Shown piece by piece: positions 40,218 through 50,835 of a stretch of 64,000 nucleotides of DNA (position 1 is its first letter; each line of letters starts with the position of its first letter). The notes beneath the pieces are model-generated. The model made no database searches, had not been told where the DNA came from, and worked only from the letters and a program-made list of their open reading frames with translations. Position numbers and translations under genes: made by a program. The stretch spans positions 11,656,001 through 11,720,000 of the forward strand of contig OZ287751.1 in assembly GCA_965649765.1 (NCBI GenBank). Direction: 5' to 3'. The stretch comes from Bispira polyomma. Lineage: Eukaryota.

Positions 40218-42612
40218 TTGGGCTTGGGGCATTTCATTTACATATATCTTACACTAAATACTATATCATATACAGTATATCTAAAAAATATATACATATA
40301 CTTAGGGCCACCCTAGCTTCATTCTTTATTAAATTTTATTTACATTTTAAACTTTTCCTTCGGTTACCTTACAAAAAATTAAGGTTATCAAAATCTAAAA
40401 TTTTTCTCTTGGGTAACCTTACACCAAAAAGTTAAGGTCACCTCATCTATCACTTTATGGTGGCCTTACTCAGATTAAGGCCACCTCAATTAATTTATGG
40501 TAGCCTTACCAAAAACTTAGTTAAGGCTGACCTTATATTTATTCCAACTTAGGGTAGCCTTAGTCAAACTTAAATCTGGCTACCCTAACCATAAACTTAA
40601 TTAATGGTAGCCTTAAATTGCAAAGCAATTCAAGGCTCCCTTTTTCTAAATCTTATCAAGCTCGGGTGGCCCCCATCTAGTTAGTGAATAAGTGTAGTCT
40701 TTTAACATAGAAATAAAATTAATATCCCAAACATGCTCGTTCATATTTCGTGTTTACCACAATGCTAAGGTCACACTGAAGGGCAATGTATCATATCTAA
40801 CTGAACTTCATTTACCTTTAATGCCATATACTTCAACTTCACATCAAGGTCATACACAGGGTCACAATCTCTTAACTTAGGAACTAGCACACAAAACTAT
40901 TGAAATGTTTGGTTAGATGGTCCTATTTTTGTGAACCTTCATATTGCAACTGTGGCTAAATGGGTGTCATATATTATAGTTACACCAGATACTATAGCTA
41001 CTATTAAAAACAGCTGAATACATAGAGTAAGCAACACAACTTTAATTTAAGGTTACCTTAACTTTACAGGTCAGGTTGAACTTAAAGGCTCAGATTGGTT
41101 GTGTTCAACATGATCTTAACTAATGGTTAAGGTAGTAAAACGTTAAGTAATAACAATTTTAGGTGATCTTAAAGTTAGAGTTAAAGTTTATTCTTTTATA
41201 GGTAACATAAACTAAAAATATATAAATCACATAAAAAGAGCACCAAAGCCCAATTACTTAACAAACCCGACAATTACATGATGTTATAAAACAAAATTTT
41301 ATAACATTAGTAGAGAGGTGAAATATCAAGGTCACGTGGTTTGGATCAGTACATATGTAATAAAACACTCTTCTGACTCATAAAAAGGGCATGATTGTTA
41401 CGAACAGCCTGGGCTTTGATTGAAATATTGATGAATATAATCTGTATTGCTGACTCACACAATTGATGTTATTTGATTGTGTAACATTTAGCCCAGTCTG
41501 CCATTCGTGTAATACATTGCCTTCAATGTGCTGTTATTAATGTATGTTATGTGTTCTATGTGTACTGGTGTCTTTCATTGTAATAGTGTGTCTTGTAAAA
41601 ATAGGATAAAATACACCAAGAACTCTTTGACTTGTAATAATAATAACAATAATCTATGTTTCAAACACACATATGAAAATACAGGTCTGTATAGTAAAAG
41701 AGAGATTTCAAAAGCCATAAAGACTAAATAAGAGGTTTTAAGTGAGAAATAGTTACATCACTAAAGCCCCAGCCACACAGCCCTCCCGACCCTTTAAACA
41801 ATGGCTGCGAGCGAAAAAAATGTGATAGGTTGCTGGAGGCCTTTTGTAATCTTTAAACTGTCTTGCATTCGATCCATGGGGGTTGCTGGGGGTTCTGCTA
41901 GATCCTTGTTAATTCTGAATGGGTTTCTCTTGTAGAGAGGTTACCTGGATTACAAGTGATTCTTCTCTATGATCAGGATGGTTGCTAGATGTTTTAATTT
42001 ATTTCCCACTGATCTGCAATAGGTTTCTTATAACGTGCCACCTCCGTGCCACAACTTTTCACAGGTTTTGGTTTGTGTTTAACTGGTCTTTGATATTTTT
42101 AATCAGCGACATTTCTTAAATCCGTCACCAACCACTCTGAAGATGGGTTGTCTATCTAAAAAGCAATATTTGATGATCTCAGCAAGACGGTGTCTAATCC
42201 CTGATCCGTTGCACAAACAATCCCCGAGAAGTGTCACCACTTGTCGCCGACATGTGTACTATCAAAAGAAAATCCCCGACTATTAACTGATCTCTATTCA
42301 GTAGTTCCAACCGGTCTGAAACTAATTCCTGAGTGGACTCACCACCTATCACCAACTATCGCCGACCAATCAAATTATTGGAGAACGCTCTTCAATTATT
42401 TTAAAATTCCCCCCCCCACTGGACGGCGACCAATCGGAAACCTCTCGCAGACCTATTAAAGAGCCAAAAGAGACTGGTCAGGCGATAGGTGCTACAGGGT
42501 GATTTTGCTATTCGGCTATCAGTTTCAACTTAGTCCTTTCTACGTTTCTACTGCTGCATATTACTAGATTTTAGTTCTTCAAGTGTTTCAAAACTTTAAT
42601 TAATATATAATA

Positions 42613-44430
42613 ATGCCTCCACGTTATTACAAAAAAGGGCAAGGGGAATGGGAAGAAGAGGGGAGACACCGAGGAACTTCTTCAGTCTCAATAACCCATG
42701 TTCTAGGAGGAAACTGAGTTAGGTGGGGTTGTGTTAAAAATTCCTGAAGCCAATATCACAGCTGAGTGTGAGGGTACTGGCACCATTGTACCACAGGGTG
42801 CACCAGGCACAGGCACAGTCACAACTGAGGGAGGAACTGAGTCACTGAAACTAGCCTGGGACATCAAGGAGTGTGGGCCTAACAGACGCCATTTTGTTGA
42901 GGGGCTAAGCAAGAAGGTAAAATTGACCGACCAATTGTCAGATGAAGGAGCAGTTGGTGGAGTTTTTTGCAGCGTAGCCCCTCTTCTATGACCAGTCGCT
43001 CCGTAACTTTAGGAACAGGGCCAAGAAGTCCCGGTTGATGGCCAGACAGGGAGACAGCATGGGGCTCACTGATAAGTTGCACTTAATATGTAATTAAAAT
43101 TGTGTCTGCATTTATTTCAGTTTTACATTGGGTTTAGATTGTAATGTGATGTTTGTAATTTTTAAGAAACTTGTGAAATGTTGTGTAATTATCTAATTCA
43201 GTTCAGCTTTACAATATTAAGCGACTGTCAGTAAAGTTTTTTATTATACCGGTTATTGGTAGTAATAAGTTATATTAATATCTAATTAGAATTGTGAATG
43301 CATATATTTCAGGTTTACATTCGAGTGAAATTTTAATGTATGTAATTGTAAGGAACTTGTCAAATATTGTGTAATTATCTAATTCACGTCCGTTTTACAT
43401 TATTTAATTACTGTCAGTAAAGTTTTTTCATATGATTTTATTATTCCGATTGTTGCTAGTAACAAGTTAATAGTTATGAGTTATATTAATATCTAATTAC
43501 AGCTGCAACTGCATGTGTTTTAGGTAGGCTTGGGTTGACGAGTTATCTCATTTTACCTGTTATTGTGTTTTAAAACATTTTGTTTACAGGCCAGGGCTAT
43601 TGCTGTTGCTGGGTTTATTATGTACTTACCCAAATACTTACCCGAATACTTACCATTATACTTAACAGCTGTCCTTGTACTTTTCCATTAGGTGACCGAA
43701 TCAGCACATGGTTTAAGTCCATGTGGACAATCTATGGCAAGCTGAAAAAAGACAAATTCCGGCCAGGCAACCAAGGTGCTAACTGCACACCAGACATGGA
43801 CACTGGGATCCTTCAAAATCCTGGAGGCACATCTGGTGGCTCGTTCGGAGAATCGGCAGCTGGGGATAGGGCCTACCCCGTCAAACCTTGATGACCTGTA
43901 AGACGATGAGAAGATCTCCAATTTCTCCTCCCAAGCTCCTTTTGAGACCAGAGAGGAGTCAAGAGCCCCAACCACACCACCCTTTCCAGCCGGGTCAGTC
44001 CGGGAGCCAAGCCAGGGCTGCTTAGGGTTCGCAGCCAAAGCCAGGGTAGGGTAGTGCCCGGAGGATTGACGACGCCATTATACAGCTGGCCGAGCATTTC
44101 ACCACCTCCCAATGCACCGATCCGCTGCAGTCTATGGTGAGTGTGGCCAACAACCCCAGAATGTTTGTTTGCCACTGGTTTGGGCTAGAGTTGGAATCTC
44201 TCACGTGGCCATCACCCCAACAAGCAGTCTTCTCCAGCCCTTGGTTCGACCTTCCTCTGTTCTGCCTGGCCAGGCATCGGGTTCAAGTTCATTCACACCA
44301 CCAAACATCTGGTCACCACCAACACCACAACAACAATAGCTGAACCTATCATACAGCAGTTATGGGACTATGAACACCTCAGGCATATTAACCATGCTGG
44401 GCAGCATACAGGGGCAACGGACACCTCAAA
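42613..44430 (+). pseudogene. Harbinger Myb/SANT (MADF)-like DNA-binding protein, 2 exons (intron ~43072-43691)
   Basis: EQLVEFFAA*PLFYDQSLRNFRNRAKKSRLM then DRISTWFKSMWTIYGKLKK..SGQA; donor mutated (ataag), acceptor ttccattag. Confidence 0.7.
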
Positions 44431-44849
44431 GTGAGCCCACTCAAAAGACTGAGGTGACCTTGGTGTATAACTTAAACATTTCAAACTTGAACTTAACCTT
44501 TGGTTTTTGCATAGCACGACCCAATAGGGGTCTGCTACTTCAGTTCAACCAAAGGAAAATGTATTACTACTTTAAGCCCTAGGGGCAAATTCGACAACTG
44601 TAGCATGATTCATCCAACCGTGAACTGGCCAGCCAATTAGGGGTCTTCCCTCCCAAATTCTGCATTCCTGTCCTAATATCTTCCATTTTGGAAAAGGATT
44701 CAGCAGTACACACACGTACATTTTATACAGCCAAGTTTATGAAGGCTCTGCTGAATGCAATTGTTTTTAGTATTTTAGTTTTTTATTTTATTGTTTGTTT
44801 TTAATATACTCTACTTTTTATGTGTTTGTGATATATATATTGTGGTAAA

Positions 44850-46103
44850 ATGGGGAGGACGTCTGAAAGGAAATTAAGACACACTAAGAAGACCCCAGCT
44901 ACTGAAGGCAGTAAGGCAACAAAGAAAGGTACAGCAAAGAAAAGCAAATTGGGTAAGAATACTCGTATTGATGACAGTATCATAACTAACCCCAGTAGCC
45001 TCTTTGATCAAGCTGAGGCCGACCACGTGTCTCCATCTACCCGATCTCGGCTTACGAACCCCACCGGATCATCATACCGGGACAATGAAATGCTAACCAT
45101 ACTAAGGCGGCTTGAGGAATCTAACGCGCTACTCACCCATAGGTTGGATCGAGTAGAAGCTAGAGACTCGACTGCTCAGTCAGCATCTCCTTGCCTAAAT
45201 CCCACACGTTCTGCTCACCAGGTCGCGTTGGGTAATGACATCACGGCTCAGCCACACCTCTCAGCTCCAGGTTCCATGACGAATCCTAGTCACTCGTATC
45301 CACAGGCACCGCTGTCGATCAGTACCACGGCTCAGCCACACACGTCAACAGCCAGTTCACTTAACCGGGTCGACTACACCACTGATGCAATCGTTCCCAA
45401 AGCAGACATCCTGAAGACGTTGCCAGACATACAGGCAAGGGTCAACGAGAGGCTAGCCGAGTACAACCTCCAGGCCCAGGCCGTATTTACCCAAGGTAAG
45501 GCTGCTCTCAGACAGAAGTCGGGGAGATTTAATACTACAGACATACCGAACAGCAACCCGAAGACTAGGTGGGCAAACGAGGGGTGGACGGGTACTTCTT
45601 CGCGTAAACGACCACCTTATGATGACTTGTCGCTTCCTCAGTGGGCATCTGGCCAGTTGGCAAATGCTCTCCAGGTCACGGACCCTCTGGTCTCGAGAGA
45701 AATTATACAGCAGGTCGTTCTATCCCTCAGGGACGCCGCGTCACTACCATGGGAGGTCGTCCGAACGGCCTGGGCGTTAAACATGACCGAGATTGAAGAA
45801 GGTAGACTGTCCTGGGGGGACACAACGCAGTGGGCCCTCAACAGGTTCAGTGCGTCACAGCTAGCTATGGTGAATTCTAAAACCACCAATGCTTCATCTA
45901 CTCACGTCGGATCAACAGCCAAGGTTATTTGCAAACTGTATAACTCCGGAAAGTGTTCGCATAAAGCAGATCACAGCCAGTATAAGCATGTGTGTTGGCA
46001 CTGTGCTACCGTGCTTCACAAAGATGTATACCACCCAGAATTTAAGTGTTATAAGTCCAACTCAGCTAAACAGGCAGAATCAGGCTCTTCTTCTACCCAC
46101 TAG
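44850..46103 (+). CDS. E3 Gag (417 aa) with C-terminal Cys/His zinc-finger region
   Basis: Intact ORF; CKLYNSGKCSHKADH..CWHC..HPEFKC. Confidence 0.9.
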   Translation: MGRTSERKLRHTKKTPATEGSKATKKGTAKKSKLGKNTRIDDSIITNPSSLFDQAEADHVSPSTRSRLTNPTGSSYRDNEMLTILRRLEESNALLTHRLDRVEARDSTAQSASPCLNPTRSAHQVALGNDITAQPHLSAPGSMTNPSHSYPQAPLSISTTAQPHTSTASSLNRVDYTTDAIVPKADILKTLPDIQARVNERLAEYNLQAQAVFTQGKAALRQKSGRFNTTDIPNSNPKTRWANEGWTGTSSRKRPPYDDLSLPQWASGQLANALQVTDPLVSREIIQQVVLSLRDAASLPWEVVRTAWALNMTEIEEGRLSWGDTTQWALNRFSASQLAMVNSKTTNASSTHVGSTAKVICKLYNSGKCSHKADHSQYKHVCWHCATVLHKDVYHPEFKCYKSNSAKQAESGSSSTH

Positions 46104-49100
46104 GACATTGACCAACTACCAGGACTAGGGCCATCTTGTCATAACAGTGAAAGTAAGAATAAGTTAGAAGTATATGTAAAACAGAATTATGAAGACCAAG
46201 ACATAACTAAAGCAGATAAGCATATGCTTTCATTGTTAAATAAGATGGAAAGTAATAATTCGTATATTTCTTCAAACAAACCTAAAAATGTTAATGTGAA
46301 TGTATTGTCACATGAAAGTGAAAATGTAAAAAATGTACACACTGTTAAACCGGAAATGTGTAAACCTAGCTTGTCAATTAGTACTGACAAAAAGAGCATT
46401 GATGATAGCCATATTGCAGTTAAAAATTATAATGTCATTAGATTGCCTAACAAGTTTGGAAAGATAAAAAATTCATGCACTGCTAAAACGGCAATGTGTG
46501 ATCCTAGCTTAACAGTTAGTATCGACAAGAAGGTTAATAATAGTGAACCTATTGGGGTCAAGAAATGGAATGTTCAGCAATATATCAGGGCCAGTGTACT
46601 GGACTCGAGTACCAGTACTAGAATGTACAGAGATGACAGTTATGGTCAATTCACCAAATTTGGGGGCTTTTCTAAAAATAAAGGTGATATTAAGATAAAT
46701 GGTCTAGATAATTCACACAGCGAAGTCCCTGTATTTTGGGGAAACAGAAATATTGGTGAACATTTAGAAAGAGAGAATAAAAGAAATTTTACAGTTAATG
46801 CTGATTTATGTAATGCCAGCAGTGTTAATGCCAAGTATGGTACCCCAAATGAGACAAAAGTAAAAGTTACCATCTCTACTACTAATTGGTTGTTTTGCAT
46901 GCCTCACATTACACAAGGAATGCCTGTGGTTTTTGTGCAGTCTGAGCTGCCACATGTTTCTGGTTTTTACACCTCATGGGATGAGGATTTTGGGACAAAT
47001 TTCTACAGATGTAAGAACCCACCAACTGGGGTAATGTCAGTGACCAGCATAGTCACAACTCAAATAGCTTTGGCTAATTTTAGGGATGATTTTCAAAACA
47101 GCAACAAGGTTGTAACAGTTACTGATGATGACAAATGTAAAGCTAAGGATGCTTGGCATGATTTTCAAAAAGAAATGTATTGCAAAAACAATTTCAAAAA
47201 AGGTTATACAGAATATGTAACAAATATCATTGACGAAATGTTGTTAGACATAAATGTAAATACAACATGTGTTGTCAGTAATGACAGACCAATGGAGGTT
47301 CAAACCTGCCATAAAGGTAAAGTAGCGTCGTGCGATCTCTTCTTCCAAACTTTTGGACATTTCTCACAAACTACCACAAGTGCCACCATAGTGGATAAGG
47401 ATATTAATTTCCCCAACAAAACTAAGGGTTTCTTGGCAATCTCAGAAACCAAGTTTAGTTTTATAGGACCTGACAGGGCCCCCATACACATTACTTCAAT
47501 TAAGGAAATGTCTGAAATAGCACAAACCATTAGGGATACGGGATGTCCCAATTATAAGGGAGCAAGGATCCCCCTGGTATCAGGTCTTAACACCAAAGCA
47601 TGGGAGGAAGTCCTTTCAAATTACCCAGATGAACTTTTACTACAATATATCAAGTTTGGTTTTCCCCTCTCACTTACTTGTCCAAAGGATTTAAAGGTCA
47701 AGGATACCACCAATCACCACTCTGCACTTCAATTTAAGGACCACATAAGGCAATATTTAGAAAAAGAGAAACAGTGTGGGGCCATGTTAGGACCTAGTTT
47801 AGACATTAAGGATGAATTATTTCACTGTTCTCCACTGCTCACCAGACCTAAGGACAATTCCAAAAGGCGTGTAATTTTAAACTTGTCTCACCCCAGTGGG
47901 GAATCACTTAATGACAATGTCAATAGGAAACAATTCGATGGAGTGGACTTCACCTTAAAATTTCCCACAATAGACGATATAGTAGAACAGATTCGTAAAA
48001 CACACACTCCACGTATCTTTAAACTGGACGTCGCGCGCGCTTTTAGAAATTTGAGGGTGGACCCAGTCGATGCCATGAAATTAGGAATCAAATTTGACGA
48101 CCATAAGTACGTTGATCCGGCGGTTGCGTTCGGCTGGGTCCACGGCTCGACTGCTTTTCAGCGTTGCTCGGACGTTATAGCACACACCATGGAGAAGCAC
48201 AACCATAAGATCTTCTGTTATATCGACGATTATGCTTTTAACCAATTATATGAACTGGTTACCAAACTTGGTTTTCCGTTAAACCCAGAAAAAATTTCAA
48301 AACCAAGTTCAAAAGTCACCTGTCTTGGCATAGATATCGACATTCAGGCAGGCACTATAAGTATTACTCCCGAAAAAATACAGGAAACATATAACCTCTG
48401 TTTAGAAATAGTTAACAAAGTTTGGATATCTAGAACTAAATTTCAATCAATATTGGGAAAATTGCTTTACATCCATAAATGTGTAAAGCCTGCTCGAATG
48501 TTTATAAACAGACTTCTTATGGCGTTTCGGAATAACAGTCAAGCTAAACGATTTAAAATTTCGCATGACATGAAGGCTGACTTATTATGGTTCGTACAAT
48601 TTCTACCACGCTATAATGGTATTACGTTCATTGATCCGGTAATTGCTAAGCATAAGGACGAGGTTTTTATTGATGCATGCCTCACTGGCCTAGGGGCCAT
48701 CTACACCAATGAGGTTTTCGCTACCCCATTATACAACATCTATAATAGGGCTTTATCTATCGTGCATATCGAAATGCTTAACATTCTATTAGCTTTAAGG
48801 GTCTGGGGTGAGCAGTGGAGTCATAGACGTATAATCATGAATTGTGACAACATGTCCGTTGTCCTGGTAGTTAGGTCCAATAAGACAAAAGACGATTTTC
48901 TTGCTTTATGTTTAAGGAATATCTGGCTAATCTCGGCTGTACATGATATTACAATCGAGATTCAGCACATTAAAGGTAAAGACAATGTAATTGCTGACCT
49001 CCTTTCAAGACTTTTTTCTGAGCAACCCCCCCATAAGGGACAGTTGGAAATATTAAGGGATTCCTGTAAGTGGCACACCATTCCACTCCAGTACTTTAAC

Positions 49101-49118
49101 CTAGACTTAAATATATGA
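46104..49118 (+). CDS. E3 Pol (N-extension, RT, RNase H), in frame with gag
   Basis: Open from the gag TAG; KLDVARAFRN, AFGWVHGS, YIDD, IDACLTGLG, IEMLN, CDNMSVV, ADLLSR; no methyltransferase domain seen. Confidence 0.92.
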   Translation, partial: DIDQLPGLGPSCHNSESKNKLEVYVKQNYEDQDITKADKHMLSLLNKMESNNSYISSNKPKNVNVNVLSHESENVKNVHTVKPEMCKPSLSISTDKKSIDDSHIAVKNYNVIRLPNKFGKIKNSCTAKTAMCDPSLTVSIDKKVNNSEPIGVKKWNVQQYIRASVLDSSTSTRMYRDDSYGQFTKFGGFSKNKGDIKINGLDNSHSEVPVFWGNRNIGEHLERENKRNFTVNADLCNASSVNAKYGTPNETKVKVTISTTNWLFCMPHITQGMPVVFVQSELPHVSGFYTSWDEDFGTNFYRCKNPPTGVMSVTSIVTTQIALANFRDDFQNSNKVVTVTDDDKCKAKDAWHDFQKEMYCKNNFKKGYTEYVTNIIDEMLLDINVNTTCVVSNDRPMEVQTCHKGKVASCDLFFQTFGHFSQTTTSATIVDKDINFPNKTKGFLAISETKFSFIGPDRAPIHITSIKEMSEIAQTIRDTGCPNYKGARIPLVSGLNTKAWEEVLSNYPDELLLQYIKFGFPLSLTCPKDLKVKDTTNHHSALQFKDHIRQYLEKEKQCGAMLGPSLDIKDELFHCSPLLTRPKDNSKRRVILNLSHPSGESLNDNVNRKQFDGVDFTLKFPTIDDIVEQIRKTHTPRIFKLDVARAFRNLRVDPVDAMKLGIKFDDHKYVDPAVAFGWVHGSTAFQRCSDVIAHTMEKHNHKIFCYIDDYAFNQLYELVTKLGFPLNPEKISKPSSKVTCLGIDIDIQAGTISITPEKIQETYNLCLEIVNKVWISRTKFQSILGKLLYIHKCVKPARMFINRLLMAFRNNSQAKRFKISHDMKADLLWFVQFLPRYNGITFIDPVIAKHKDEVFIDACLTGLGAIYTNEVFATPLYNIYNRALSIVHIEMLNILLALRVWGEQWSHRRIIMNCDNMSVVLVVRSNKTKDDFLALCLRNIWLISAVHDITIEIQHIKGKDNVIADLLSRLFSEQPPHKGQLEILRDSCKWHTIPLQYFNLDLNI

Positions 49119-50104
49119 TTTCAGGATCAAACCACATCACACAAAGATTCACAGACTCAGCATGGCAGAGGATTGACTGTGCTTTGCGTCCAAAGACTAC
49201 ACAGACTTACAATACCCAGTTTAGAACCTTCATCTCATTTACTTGCTATGCTGGAATAGAAGAAATTACCACACACTCATTGATTGCATTTCTAGAATAC
49301 TTGGTACAAACAGGGGCGTCACCCAACATGGTTAATAACCATCTTGCAGCCATTAAACATATGGCCAAGAAGTTGTACTGGGATACAAAAATTTTTGAAA
49401 ACAATACAGTGTCTATGTTTACTAGAAGCTTGACACATACATCACCATTTAGACCTTCACCTAAAGGAATTTTCCACATTGAACACTTATTACTGATCTC
49501 CAAAGCTTGTGATATTTTAAGAGACCCACCTCTATATAGGGCCATTTTCATGCTAGCTTTCTTTGGATTCTTGAGAATATCCAATATAGTCCCTCATTCC
49601 AGATCCAAATTTGATCCAACTCGTCACTTTCTAAGGAAAGATATAATCTTTGGCCACCCAGGTGCACACTTGATCTTGAAGTGGGCAAAGAATTTACAAA
49701 TTAGATCACAGTTTCACATTATACAGATACCCTTACTGGACAATGTTTTACTATGTCCAGTCAAGGCCATACAGACATTATTGAAATCTAGACCTCTGTC
49801 ACCTGATGCCCCACTTTTCGTCAGTAGTACTTACCCACACTATCCAATTGTAGAAACACATGTGCGTTCTGCACTAGCTTCAATACTTACACATGTGGGA
49901 ATTCCCACCAAATCACATAGTTTCCACACATTTAGAAGATCAGGGGCAACATATGCCTTTAATAATAACGTGTCACTTCAAAACATCATGGCGCACGGCC
50001 TCTGGAGGTCATCTGCAGTCTGGTCATATTTGCATCAGAATTCTCAAGCAACTTCTGCTGTCCCTCTCACTTTCGCCTCCTCTATACCTAAACTTCCTTC
50101 CTAG
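49115..50104 (+). CDS. E3 tyrosine recombinase (329 aa; predicted spliced exon 49125-50104)
   Basis: FLRISN, KWAK, HTFRRSGAT, HGLW, WSYL all intact. Confidence 0.95.
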   Translation: MISGSNHITQRFTDSAWQRIDCALRPKTTQTYNTQFRTFISFTCYAGIEEITTHSLIAFLEYLVQTGASPNMVNNHLAAIKHMAKKLYWDTKIFENNTVSMFTRSLTHTSPFRPSPKGIFHIEHLLLISKACDILRDPPLYRAIFMLAFFGFLRISNIVPHSRSKFDPTRHFLRKDIIFGHPGAHLILKWAKNLQIRSQFHIIQIPLLDNVLLCPVKAIQTLLKSRPLSPDAPLFVSSTYPHYPIVETHVRSALASILTHVGIPTKSHSFHTFRRSGATYAFNNNVSLQNIMAHGLWRSSAVWSYLHQNSQATSAVPLTFASSIPKLPS

Positions 50105-50705
50105 TTTGGCTTGGGTGATTTTAAAATTACCTTGTATTTTAATAATTTATACCTATTTTACACCTACCTGTATATAGATTTACTAACATGTACAGAATTT
50201 AAATAAATTCCTCAAACCATAGTTTCACTGTCTTCTGCTATACTTACCAGACTATCTTTCCACTACAACTTACCTTCTTTCCATTATACCAAGTAGAACT
50301 GTGCATAGCACGACCCAATAGGGGTCTGCTACTTCAGTTCAACCAAAGGAAAATGTATTACTACTTTAAGCCCTAGGGGCAAATTCGACAACTGTAGCAT
50401 GATTCATCCAACCGTGAACTGGCCAGCCAATTAGGGGTCTTCCCTCCCAAATTCTGCATTCCTGTCCTAATATCTTCCATTTTGGAAAAGGATTCAGCAG
50501 TACACACACGTACATTTTCCACCCACCTCCCCTTAACCACACCATAAGTTAATGTTCATTGTTCATTTCTTAGCTATGGCCACTTTTGGTACTAAGCACA
50601 TACTATGTTAAGAAGATCTCTGGTTGCGGACCCAAAAGGGCCCTGCTGAAAATCTTTGTAAGATAGGAAATCACTTAAATTTGGTTGGATTTGTGGGAGT
50701 TTTTT

Positions 50706-50835
50706 GAACTCGGAACTGTGTGGTGTTAGGTCCTTCCTCATAACCTACCCTCTGGTGTGGGCTACCAGGGGGGAAATGCTCTGTGAGGTAGGATGTCTCA
50801 CTGCTAGGCGAGTCGGTGCTGTAAGTTCCGGGTTC
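50706..50835 (+). ncRNA. Candidate conserved three-way-junction cis-RNA in the E3 3' spacer (copy 51790-51919; homologues in E1 at 11822-11957 and 12034-12167, -)
   Basis: 12-bp closing stem GAACTCGGAACT/AGTTCCGGGTTC; same junction architecture with compensatory changes in E1. Confidence 0.6.

Larger units (their letters stand above)
35120..40760 (+). mobile_element. E2: DIRS-order YR retrotransposon, second family, decayed; ends approximate
   Basis: gag, RT/RH and YR ORFs in order; no duplicated A/B repeats recognised. Confidence 0.88.

Noticed and set aside
49115-50104. Prophage integrase / bacterial contamination
   Set aside because: YR is linked to Gag, RT/RNase H and split direct repeats among SINEs and LINEs
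50812-50828. 5S rRNA 3'-like ggtgctgta
   Set aside because: Short chance match; no other 5S features
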